From Spirochaetia bacterium (GTDB lineage: Bacteria > Spirochaetota > Spirochaetia > SZUA-6 > Bin103), in contig CBDBDQ010000005.1 of assembly GCA_965203905.1 (NCBI GenBank), positions 448,001 through 512,000 of the forward strand: a stretch of DNA of 64,000 nt, read 5' to 3'. The notes beneath the pieces are model-generated. The model saw only the letters and a program-made list of their open reading frames with translations, made no database searches and was not told where the DNA came from. Below are positions 28,861-38,057 of this stretch, one piece after another. Both the position numbers and the translations under genes were made by a program. How positions within the stretch are numbered: the first letter of the stretch is position 1; each line of letters begins with the position of its first letter.

Positions 28861-29754
28861 TCAGCCCTTGATGGCGCCGAGCATGATGCCCTTGACGAAG
28901 TACTTCTGGATGAACGGATAGACCACCACGATCGGCCCGATGGTGAGCAGGATGGTGACCGCCTGCACCGACTGCACCGGCACCGGCTCGCTGAGCCCGA
29001 GCAGGTCGCCCGCCTCGTCCAGCTCGGCGAAGTCCAGCACCTTGAGCATGTCGCGGATGAGGAGCTGCAGCACCTGCTTGTTCCTGTCGTCGAGGTAGAT
29101 CAGGGCGTCGAACCAGGCGTTCCAGTGCTCGACTGCCGCCCACAGCCCGACGGTGACGAACACCGGCTTGGCCAGCGGCACCATGATGCGCAGCAGGATG
29201 GTCCAGTAGCCGGCACCGTCGATGATCGCCGAATCCTCCATCGACTGGTCGATCGTCATCAGGAAGTTGCGCGCCACGATGATGTAATAGACGTTCATCG
29301 CGACGGGGAGGATCAGCACCCAACGCGAGTTCATCAATCCCAGCGAACGGATCAGCAGGTAGGTGGGGATCAGGCCGCCCGAGAAGAACATGGTCAGCAC
29401 GAAGCAGACGGTCAGGAAGCTGCGGCCGGGAAGGTCGCGCTTGGAGAGCGCGTAGGCGGCGGTGAAGGTCACCAGCAGCGTCAGCGAGGTGCCGAAAAAA
29501 GCTCGGTGCAGGGTGTTGGCGTAGGCCACGAACAGGTCGTTGTCGATGAACACGAAGCGCCACGAGGCGAGGGTCCAGCGCTTGATCCAGAGGTGCAGAC
29601 CGAGCGAGGAGACCTCGTCGAAGGGGGCGAACGAGCTCAGCAACAGGTTCCAGAACGGGTACAGGATGGTGATGCTGACCAGGAACAGGACGATTGCGTT
29701 GGCGGCGTCGAAGATGCGGCCGGGAATCGAATGCTGGCGCATGGGAGAGGCCAT
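28861..29754 (-). CDS. Carbohydrate ABC permease (LplC-like)
   Basis: MFFSGGLIPTY, DSAIIDGA, YPFIQKYFVKG. Confidence 0.93.
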   Translation of the reverse strand: MASPMRQHSIPGRIFDAANAIVLFLVSITILYPFWNLLLSSFAPFDEVSSLGLHLWIKRWTLASWRFVFIDNDLFVAYANTLHRAFFGTSLTLLVTFTAAYALSKRDLPGRSFLTVCFVLTMFFSGGLIPTYLLIRSLGLMNSRWVLILPVAMNVYYIIVARNFLMTIDQSMEDSAIIDGAGYWTILLRIMVPLAKPVFVTVGLWAAVEHWNAWFDALIYLDDRNKQVLQLLIRDMLKVLDFAELDEAGDLLGLSEPVPVQSVQAVTILLTIGPIVVVYPFIQKYFVKGIMLGAIKG

Positions 29755-29764
29755 CTGCACCGTG

Positions 29765-30736
29765 CTACCAGATCGCGTATTCGCTGAACCGCTTGATGAT
29801 GCTGTTGGCGGCAACCAGGATGATCACCCCGGCGACGTTCTTGAACAGCCCCACGGCGGCCGAATAGTCGAACTTGGCCTCCTCGATTCCGGAACGGTAG
29901 ATGTAGGTTTCGAACACGTCCGCCACCGGATACACCAGCGGGTTGTAGAGGTTGAAGATCTGGGCGAACGACTCGTCCAGGATGTTGCCGATCTGAATCA
30001 GGAACAGGATCGTCATCACCGGAATCAGTGACGGCAGGGTGATGCGCAGCGCCTTCTGCCAGCGGTTGGCACCGTCGATCGAGGCGCTCTCGTAGAGCCC
30101 GGGATCGATGGAGGAGAGCGCCGCCAGGTAGATGATGCTGCTCCAGCCGATCCCCTGCCAGATGCCGGTCACCACCAGCATGCCGCGGAAGGTCGCCTTG
30201 TTGGTCAGCCAGTGCACCGGCTCCAGCCCCACCAGGGTGTAGAAGTAGGCGATGATGCCGCGCTGGGGAGAGAGGATCTCGGTCAGGATGCCCGCCAGGA
30301 TCACCCACGAGATGAAGTGCGGGAGGTAGGAAATCGTCTGCACCACCCGCTTGTACAGCGACATCCGCACCTCGTTGAGCAGCAGCGCCAGGATGATGGG
30401 ACAGGGGAACCCGAACAGCAGCCGCAGCACGCTCAGCCAGAAGGTGTTGAAGAACACGCGGAGAAAGAACGGATCCTTGAACAGGCGCTTGAAGTGGTCG
30501 AAGTCGTTCCACGGGCTGCCCAGCACGCCGTCGTAGAAGTTGTAGTCCTTGAAGGCGATCAGCAGACCGTAGATCGGACCGTACTTGAACACCACCAGCA
30601 GGGTCAGGGAGAGCAGCAGCAGCAGGTAGATGGGGCGCATGCGGATTGCCCGCCGGATGGTCTGCCGCTTGAGGATGCCGCGATGGGCGGCGAGCGCCTG
30701 CTCGCTCATGGTTGCTGCCGACTGCGCCTGCCCCAT
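29765..30736 (-). CDS. Carbohydrate ABC permease (LplB-like)
   Basis: IAFKDY, YLPHFISWV, LYESASIDGA. Confidence 0.93.
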   Translation of the reverse strand: MGQAQSAATMSEQALAAHRGILKRQTIRRAIRMRPIYLLLLLSLTLLVVFKYGPIYGLLIAFKDYNFYDGVLGSPWNDFDHFKRLFKDPFFLRVFFNTFWLSVLRLLFGFPCPIILALLLNEVRMSLYKRVVQTISYLPHFISWVILAGILTEILSPQRGIIAYFYTLVGLEPVHWLTNKATFRGMLVVTGIWQGIGWSSIIYLAALSSIDPGLYESASIDGANRWQKALRITLPSLIPVMTILFLIQIGNILDESFAQIFNLYNPLVYPVADVFETYIYRSGIEEAKFDYSAAVGLFKNVAGVIILVAANSIIKRFSEYAIW

Positions 30737-30737
30737 G

Positions 30738-33700
30738 TCAGCGCATGCAGGTGTCGATGTCGTAGAGGATGTGAGGGGCCACGCAGGCGCGCTCACCGAA
30801 GTGCTTGCCGATCGGCTGGGCCGCGTGCGCCGCGCCCCTCAGGCCCTCGTGGAAGCCGTCCAGCACGGCGCTCCGGAAGCGCTCGTCGCCGCTCAGCCGG
30901 TAGGCGTATGCCGGCCCCTCCAGGATGAGGCTGTTCCGTACGCCGCTGGTGCCGCTCTTGGGGCAGCGGGTGTAGCGGAACGCCTTCCGGTCGGCGAGCC
31001 AGTGCTCGCGGATCAGGAACTCGCACCCACCGACGATCAGCTCGGCCGCCGCCGCGTCACCGGTAGCCTGGTGGTAGCGCTTCAGGCCGGAGAGCAGCAC
31101 CCCTACCATGAAGTCCGCGTTGCCGATGCAGCGCGGCAGGCACTCGCAGTGCCCGAGCAGCAACTGGTGCGGCCAGCCGTTCGGCGTGTAGCGCTCGCGC
31201 ACCCGCTGGATGATGAGCTTCGCCGCGTTGAGATAGAAGTGGTCGCCCGTGGCCTGGTACATCGCCATGGTCAGGATCAGGTGCCAACCGGGCCGGCGGC
31301 AGTTGCAGAAGTCGAAGTTGACCGTGTAGAGCTGGTCGTACTTGTCGGCCACCCGGGTGGCGATCTCGAGTGCGCGCCGGTCGCCGCTCAGCAGGTGATA
31401 GTCGAGCAGTCCCTGCACCCAGGTGTGGTCCACCTCCACTTCCACCACGCTCTGAGCGCCCCCCTTGCGGTGGTAGTAGGGGTAGTAGTCGCCGACGTGG
31501 CCGATGCAGTGCGCGTACACCCGGTCGACGAAGCCGTGGTCGGCGTGGTGGTGGCAGGTGTCCACGTCCAGGTAGTGGCGCACCGCCTGCTCGCCGGCCG
31601 CGAAGAACCGCGCGTCGCCGCCACGGACGTAGTGAAGAAAAAAGACGTGCGGGGTGTCGTATTCGATGTTGCCCCACTTCTGCACGTGGAACCAGTCGCC
31701 GAAGTTGAGCATACCGTACTCGCGGCCGGTTTCCCTGGTCTCCAGGTAGTTGGCGATACAGTTGTCGGCGTACCGCTCGTACTCGGGGAACTTCGCCGCG
31801 TCGGCCGCGGCCAGATCGCCGAACGCCTTGCTGTCACAGTACCAGGCGGCCGGTGCACGGGCCCGCAACGGCTCCTCCAGGTGCGGCGGCGCATCCGGGG
31901 CACCGGCGGCGTGGAACCGGTACACCAGCTCGTGGGTGCGGGACACGCCCTGCTTGAGTCGGTAGGCGCCGTCCTGCAGGTAGTAGTAGAGCTTGTCCTC
32001 CAGTTCGCCGCGGTCACGGTAGCGGCCATCCGGCAGGGGCGGACACAGGCCTACTTCCACGGCGCTGTCGGTGGCGCCGAGGCTCTTCGGATAATTCTGC
32101 CAGAAGTCGCGCACGGCGACGGTGAGTCCGCGCGCCGCATCGCTCAGATCGATGGCGCCCTGCGCCCGCCGGCCGCGCTGACGGACGGCCCCGCGCTCGG
32201 TTACCGAGAACTCGTCGTCCTCGAACTGCGTCAGGGTGGGCTGCCCGTCGCTCCGGTAGGCAGCGTCGTCGGCACCGAACAGGGTGCAGGACGGGCCGCC
32301 CAGGCGCAGCGGCGTACGCAGCGTGAGACTGCGCACGGCGAGGAAGTTGTCCGCCGTGTGGTCGTTCTCCCAGGTATGGAGAATGCGCAGGAAGTCCTTG
32401 CCGGCGTATGCGTTGATGCGGGTGGTGCAGGTCGACGTGCGGCTGCCGTCCGCGGCCTGCAGCCGGCTCGTTACCTTCAGCGCGGTGCGCAACGGGCCGC
32501 GTTCCTCCACCACCACGGAGCAGGGCGCACCCTGCGAGCTGAAGACGGTGCCGTCCGCGGTCACCAGCTCCACGCCGCCGGGAGCCGCGGGATCGGTGAT
32601 CTCCTCGTCTGCCGAGAACACGCCGTCGCCGTCCGCCATCCACACTCTGCCGGGGAAGGAGGGCGCCTCGCGGTCCAGCAGCAGCTTCAGCGGTCCGGTG
32701 CTCAGCTCCACCCGCGGGCCGTCTTCGGCAACCGCGACCGGCGTGTCCGGTCCGTCCTGCCGCCGCACCACGCCGTAGCCGAATTCAAGCCGATATTCGG
32801 CGCTGCCGGCGGCGCCGACGTCGGCCTGGAAGTCGAGCAGCAGCCACTTCACGCTGCCGTCGGGCCATGCCGCGAGCACCGCGGTCTGCAGCGGGACCTC
32901 CGCTCCCGCCGGACCCAGGAGCCGCGTGTTCTCGCCCGCCGTGAGCGCCCCTTGCGGGAACGGGATGCCCGACGTCACCGGCCAGCCGTGGCGCTCCACC
33001 GGGGCCTCGCTGGCCACCTCCAGCGGCACGTGGCCGCGCTCCACCGTCCCCCGCGTCCGGCGCCGCGGAGCGGTCGAGAAGGTATGGTCACGCGACACCA
33101 CCTCGCTGCCGTCCGGCGCCGTCCCCAGCAGCCGGAAGTGGTAGGTCTGGTTTCCCTCCAGGCCGTCCAGGATGAGGCGGTGGTTGTTGTAGATCGCGGT
33201 GACCGGCGGCACGTACACCTGCGCGTAGGTCGCGGCGGAAGGCGGAAACGTCGCCTCCTCAGTCTCCACGCGGCTGCCATAGCCGGTGGTCGGCCCGTAC
33301 TCCAGCCGCGACCGCGTGGCCCAGTCGGTGATCCAGGTGATGCGCGCCTGGTGCCTGCCGGCGCGCTCGAACGGGTCCGCCCGCACCGAGCTGAAGCCGT
33401 ACCGGCGCGGCTCCTGGCGCGGCATCTCCTTGAGCAGCAGCAGGTTTTCAATGCGATAGGAGCCGCTGCCGTGGTCCGCGCTGTCCGGGCCGTCCGGCGT
33501 CATCAGCGTGATCAGCGCCGTGCCGTTGAACTCGCACGGCTGCGACAGCACGTACAGGTAGGAGCGGTTGTCGTGGGCGGCGGCGACGGCGACTCCCTTG
33601 CGCTCGTTGCCGACGAACAGCGACACCACCTGGTCGGGGACGCCCTGCTCGTCGTAGATGATGAACGCCGGGTAGTAGGTGCCGCGCGCCGGCCGGCTGA

Positions 33701-33953
33701 CGAAGAACGCCGCCCCCGGCCTGGTCCTGACCACCGACAGCACGCGGAAGTCGCTGACCAGGTCGAGCGCGAACCCCTCGTAGCCGTAGGAATCCAGGTA
33801 GAACGCCTCCGGCCCGATGGCGATGTTGTCGGGATCGGCAACGACCGCGCGCAGCAGGTCGAGGTCTTCGCGGAAGGCCTCGAACCCCTCGCTCGCGCGC
33901 TGCGTTGCCGGCGCTGCTGCCCTCACTGATGTCATATCGACAGGGAATGGCAC
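30738..33953 (-). CDS. YetA/exo-rhamnogalacturonan-lyase-like protein with an N-terminal FN3-like domain
   Basis: PVTSGIPFPQG, WPDGSVKW, YGMLNFGDW and WGNIEYD; FN3-like 'LEYGPT..H..L.GL..TYHFR'. Confidence 0.75.
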   Translation of the reverse strand: MPFPVDMTSVRAAAPATQRASEGFEAFREDLDLLRAVVADPDNIAIGPEAFYLDSYGYEGFALDLVSDFRVLSVVRTRPGAAFFVSRPARGTYYPAFIIYDEQGVPDQVVSLFVGNERKGVAVAAAHDNRSYLYVLSQPCEFNGTALITLMTPDGPDSADHGSGSYRIENLLLLKEMPRQEPRRYGFSSVRADPFERAGRHQARITWITDWATRSRLEYGPTTGYGSRVETEEATFPPSAATYAQVYVPPVTAIYNNHRLILDGLEGNQTYHFRLLGTAPDGSEVVSRDHTFSTAPRRRTRGTVERGHVPLEVASEAPVERHGWPVTSGIPFPQGALTAGENTRLLGPAGAEVPLQTAVLAAWPDGSVKWLLLDFQADVGAAGSAEYRLEFGYGVVRRQDGPDTPVAVAEDGPRVELSTGPLKLLLDREAPSFPGRVWMADGDGVFSADEEITDPAAPGGVELVTADGTVFSSQGAPCSVVVEERGPLRTALKVTSRLQAADGSRTSTCTTRINAYAGKDFLRILHTWENDHTADNFLAVRSLTLRTPLRLGGPSCTLFGADDAAYRSDGQPTLTQFEDDEFSVTERGAVRQRGRRAQGAIDLSDAARGLTVAVRDFWQNYPKSLGATDSAVEVGLCPPLPDGRYRDRGELEDKLYYYLQDGAYRLKQGVSRTHELVYRFHAAGAPDAPPHLEEPLRARAPAAWYCDSKAFGDLAAADAAKFPEYERYADNCIANYLETRETGREYGMLNFGDWFHVQKWGNIEYDTPHVFFLHYVRGGDARFFAAGEQAVRHYLDVDTCHHHADHGFVDRVYAHCIGHVGDYYPYYHRKGGAQSVVEVEVDHTWVQGLLDYHLLSGDRRALEIATRVADKYDQLYTVNFDFCNCRRPGWHLILTMAMYQATGDHFYLNAAKLIIQRVRERYTPNGWPHQLLLGHCECLPRCIGNADFMVGVLLSGLKRYHQATGDAAAAELIVGGCEFLIREHWLADRKAFRYTRCPKSGTSGVRNSLILEGPAYAYRLSGDERFRSAVLDGFHEGLRGAAHAAQPIGKHFGERACVAPHILYDIDTCMR

Positions 33954-33989
33954 ATCTCCGCTCCTGCGCCATTCCCTTGACCGTCGACC

Positions 33990-35666
33990 CTAATAGACCA
34001 CGTTACCCTTGCGCAGCTCCGCGACGATCGGCATCTTGGCCATTTCGGCGTTCACTTCGCTGCCGCCGGCACTCAGCCACTTCTGCACGTAACCGTCCCA
34101 CTCGGCGTCGATGTCCATGTCGGTGGTGATCGCCCCCCAGATGAACTCGTCACGAATGGTGTCGAGCCCGCCCGCGTACTTGGCCCACACCGCGGAGTAG
34201 TCGGTCTCGCTGAACAGGTCTTCGCGATAGCTCGGGGTGGCGATTTCGCCTCCCTCGCCGCCGGTGCCGAAGTAGGCCTGCAGCGGCGCCTGCTCCGGCG
34301 ACACGTACAGCAGGTGCAGGTCGCGGTAGAAGTTCATGTACGGGTAGTAAAGAATCCCGGTGGTGCCGCCCCGTTCATACTCCTCCGTGTACCGTACCGG
34401 CGACGCGAACGGTTCCCCGGTCCAGTTGAAGTGTACCCCCGGCTGACCGAAATAACCGTAGATGCGTCCTTCCGTGTCCCAGTTGAGGTACTCCACGATC
34501 TCCAGGATCTTCGCCAGCTTGGTATCGTCGACCCGCTTCGAGACCATGAACATGATCTGGCGGGCGTCGATGGGCAGGGTGCCGCCCGACTTGGCGTAGC
34601 CGGTATGGGTGCCGTCGGGCCCCATCGGCACCTGGGTCATCACCACCTTGGCGGCGGCGTCCTGGCGGTAGATCGGCTGCGGCAGCCAGTTCTCCCCGCG
34701 CGGGTTGGCGCCGGAGGCGATGTAGACCGAGGCGCTGGTATAGGCGCCGGCCAGACCGCTGATCACCTTGTTGTCACGCTGCTCGCGCGACACCGTCGGC
34801 AGCTCCGAGTCCAGGATGCCGTCCTGGTACCAGCGCTGGCCCACCTTCAACGCCTCCCTGAGGTTGGGGTGGACCGCCATCTTCACTGCATTGCCGCCGT
34901 CGTCGTAGTTGTCCACGCCGTTGAGACCGAACAGCGTCAGCAGCATGTGCAGGCCGCGCGATCCGACGTCGCTGTCCATGGCGTAGGGGATGGTGTCGTC
35001 CATGCCGTTGCCGTCCAGGTCCTCGCTGCGGAACGCGTACAGGATCTTCTCGAACTCCGCGAAGGTGTACGCTGTCTTGCTCCAGTAGGTCTTCCCCTCG
35101 GAGGCGCCGGCACCGGCGTGGATCAGGTCCGCCGGGGCCATGTCGATCTTTTCCAGCCAGTCCAGGCGGAACACGGGATGGTAGGAGACGCCGCCGGCGT
35201 AGTCGTAGCTCCGCACCAGCCCCATGTACTCGTCCTCCGTGCCCGGCACCAGCCCGTACATCCACGCGGCCGGTCCCATGGAGTCGAGCCAGGCCGCCAT
35301 CGACGGCACGTGCTGCTCGATCATCTCCTTGGGAATGGAGCGGAACACCCCCTGCATGTAGTAGTCGCGCGGCGTGACGTACATGTAGCCGGCATCGGGC
35401 TCTTCACCGGATGCGAACAGCAGCTTGTACTTCTCCCGGTCGCGCCGCCAGAGCTGCTTGTTGACGATATCGACGTTGAACTTCTCCTCAACGTGCGCCT
35501 GCAACCAGTTGCCGTCCTGGATCTCCCCTCCGAACGGGCCGAACCAGGAAATCTCCATCGGCTCCTCCACCGCCGCGCCTTCCATGTCCGCGCCGGCCGT
35601 GGCCTGCAGAGTCACGAACACGAGCAACGTTGTGCTCAGAGCGAGAATTCGGGCTGTTATCATCAC
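33990..35666 (-). CDS. Extracellular solute-binding protein (LplA-like)
   Basis: Signal peptide, EEKFNV, RLDWLEK, DLDGNG, WDGYVQKW. Confidence 0.88.
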   Translation of the reverse strand: MMITARILALSTTLLVFVTLQATAGADMEGAAVEEPMEISWFGPFGGEIQDGNWLQAHVEEKFNVDIVNKQLWRRDREKYKLLFASGEEPDAGYMYVTPRDYYMQGVFRSIPKEMIEQHVPSMAAWLDSMGPAAWMYGLVPGTEDEYMGLVRSYDYAGGVSYHPVFRLDWLEKIDMAPADLIHAGAGASEGKTYWSKTAYTFAEFEKILYAFRSEDLDGNGMDDTIPYAMDSDVGSRGLHMLLTLFGLNGVDNYDDGGNAVKMAVHPNLREALKVGQRWYQDGILDSELPTVSREQRDNKVISGLAGAYTSASVYIASGANPRGENWLPQPIYRQDAAAKVVMTQVPMGPDGTHTGYAKSGGTLPIDARQIMFMVSKRVDDTKLAKILEIVEYLNWDTEGRIYGYFGQPGVHFNWTGEPFASPVRYTEEYERGGTTGILYYPYMNFYRDLHLLYVSPEQAPLQAYFGTGGEGGEIATPSYREDLFSETDYSAVWAKYAGGLDTIRDEFIWGAITTDMDIDAEWDGYVQKWLSAGGSEVNAEMAKMPIVAELRKGNVVY

Positions 35667-35993
35667 TTACCCCCTGTCTCCGCGTTGTGCAGAGTAGCCG
35701 ACAGGATGAACCCGCCCGCCACCGGTGTCAAGGAAGCATCCCGGACGCCCGAACCCGCCGAACCGCGGCGACCGGGGACCATCGCTCCCCTCGGGCCCTC
35801 ACGTCGGGGGATACTCTCCATCCCGTACGCAGGCGCTCGTGCTGGGCTGGTCAGAACTGGTAGATGTGCGGCTAGGTTGGACGGGGGAAACACTCCTAAT
35901 CCCACGCTGCGCGACAAGCCGGCTACCGATCGTTGCTCCCGCTGCCCTCGGACCGACACCCGACCGCCCAACTCGCATCCTGGCGCGCGCCGA

Positions 35994-37475
35994 TCACGTG
36001 GCCCCGTCTGGCGGCGATCGGTACTCCCGATGCCGGAAACGGTGGTGAGCAGCACAATGGAGCCTCAAGTTCCCCGGCTCGGCGCTGCCGCCAATCGCGT
36101 AGGGAATGATGTGGTCGAGCTCCAGCAGAAAGCGGGACCCGCAACGCCGCCCGCTGTGCGGATCGACGTAACTGCAGCAGCCGCCGTCGCGGCGCCACAC
36201 CTCGCGCCGCACGGCTGCCGGAATGTACCGGGATCGGCGCGCTTGGTGGGGTGACTGCGCGCGGCCTCCGGAGGGGCCGGCAGCCGCCGGCCGCGGCCAC
36301 GACCGGCCATCGAGCTGCGCCGCTCCTGCCCGCTTCGCTGGCGAAGGAGCGTTGCGACCGCGATCCACCGCTGCCAGCACGGTCGGCATGCTCTGGTCCG
36401 CCGGCGGCGCCGGCCGTGGCGTCGGTACGGTGGCTTGGGACCCACGGTCTGCCACCGACTTCTCCGCCGAAGTAGCGGTGCCGGGCGCCGCCGCCGCTGG
36501 CTTGGCACGCACCGGGGTGCTGCCGGCGCAAGTCTCGCGCCCCGCCGGCGGCGCCACTCCGGGTTGCTCTTGTGCACCCCGCTTCGCCAGCGAAGCCGCC
36601 GCGCCCGCCGGCCCTTGCTGCGCCTTCGGCTCCGATGCCTGGGCCGCGCTTGCCTCCCCGCTCCCACCTCTGCGCCCGCGCGGCGGCCGCCCCGGGTCGT
36701 AATGCTGCAGGCCGTCCTGCACCAGCCGCTCCACGAGCTGCCCCAGCGTCAGGTGCGGGTCCACGTGCGACAGTAGTGCCCGTAGCTGTTCGATCCCGCG
36801 CTGACAGTCGGCGTCGATCACCACCTTCAGCTCCCAGCGGCCCTCGCCCAGCGCCCGCAGGCGATCGGCCGGCCGCGCCAGTTCGGGAGCCACCCCGGCC
36901 AACAACTGCTTCACCTCGCGCGTGCTCTTGCCGCTCGCCTGCGCCACCAGCTCCTGCCGCTGCGCCGCGTCCAGCGCCGGCACCGGTCGCGCCGGCACCG
37001 GTAGCGCTGGCGCCGCTGCCCCGGCTCCCGAAGCCCCAGCCACCGGCGTCGTCCCCGTGCCGCGCGGCAGCAGCTCCGGTGCCGCGGGTGCCGGGCCCGG
37101 GTCCGCCGCGGCGGCCATGGCAGTGCGCTCCAGGAGATCGAAGGTGTTCTGCACCTGCGCCGCGGCACTCAGGGTGAGCGAGCCGTCCTGCAGCCGCTCG
37201 CGTGTCCCGGCGGTATCGGAGCACAGGCGCATGGCCTTGATACGGCGCCACGCGGCGCCTTCGCTGTAGCCCAGCTCGCGCACCGCGTAGTCGAACAGGC
37301 TGGAGAACCCGAGGCGCAGGTGCAGGTGGCGCGCCTGGATCTCGCGCAGGTGGTCGAGGACGGCGAGCTGCAGCGCCTGCTCGTGCAGGACGAGGGACCT
37401 GGTATGCGCCAACAGCACCTGGTCGGGGAGCCCGGAGAGCGAGGAGATGAAGCTGGTGGCGGTCGCGGTAGCCAT
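35994..37475 (-). CDS. HNH endonuclease with a DUF222-like N-terminus (selfish element)
   Basis: GFSSLFDY..LGYSEGAAWRRI; C-terminal SRYIPAAVRREVWRRDGGCC..C..LELDH..GG..NLRLHCAAHH. Confidence 0.88.
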   Translation of the reverse strand: MATATATSFISSLSGLPDQVLLAHTRSLVLHEQALQLAVLDHLREIQARHLHLRLGFSSLFDYAVRELGYSEGAAWRRIKAMRLCSDTAGTRERLQDGSLTLSAAAQVQNTFDLLERTAMAAAADPGPAPAAPELLPRGTGTTPVAGASGAGAAAPALPVPARPVPALDAAQRQELVAQASGKSTREVKQLLAGVAPELARPADRLRALGEGRWELKVVIDADCQRGIEQLRALLSHVDPHLTLGQLVERLVQDGLQHYDPGRPPRGRRGGSGEASAAQASEPKAQQGPAGAAASLAKRGAQEQPGVAPPAGRETCAGSTPVRAKPAAAAPGTATSAEKSVADRGSQATVPTPRPAPPADQSMPTVLAAVDRGRNAPSPAKRAGAAQLDGRSWPRPAAAGPSGGRAQSPHQARRSRYIPAAVRREVWRRDGGCCSYVDPHSGRRCGSRFLLELDHIIPYAIGGSAEPGNLRLHCAAHHRFRHREYRSPPDGAT

Positions 37476-38057
37476 GGCGTAAATATAAACATGGCTGAGA
37501 AATGTCTGGTTGCGGCGAGTCCTGGACCGGCACCGGGAAGGGCTCAGGCCGGCGCTGGCGGGGTGCTGGCGGGCCTGGAGGGCGCGGCGGGATGTTCGAA
37601 GGGTCGAAGGGGCCCGAACGTGCGGCAGGGGGACACTACGAGCAGCGCCAAACCCGTCAAGTGCTCAGCGCACTTTTTTGGCACCTTTCGCAGAATCCTG
37701 CACCACGGCACCGGCGTGGCAGCAACGCACATCGGCGGAGAACCGGCGCGTTGCGGGTGGGCGGCAACCCGTTCATTCCTGGACACCTCGTACAGGGAAC
37801 GAACCCCCGATCTGAACGCGGCGACCTGGCAGGCGCCGGGGCCATCACCGCCGCTCGGCCACTACTGCCAGAACATCCCTTCCCCACACGGAATTCAGAC
37901 GTCGTTGAGCATGGGACGGCCCGGTCGCGGACGCCCGGAATCTCGCGTCATCCGGGGCGCATCAGAACGCGAGGCGTTGCACTCCCTTCACCGCGTCGAA
38001 GTGCGAGTCGTTACCCAGGTCCACGGTGAATGAATGGAGCCGGCCACCGGACCGCGC

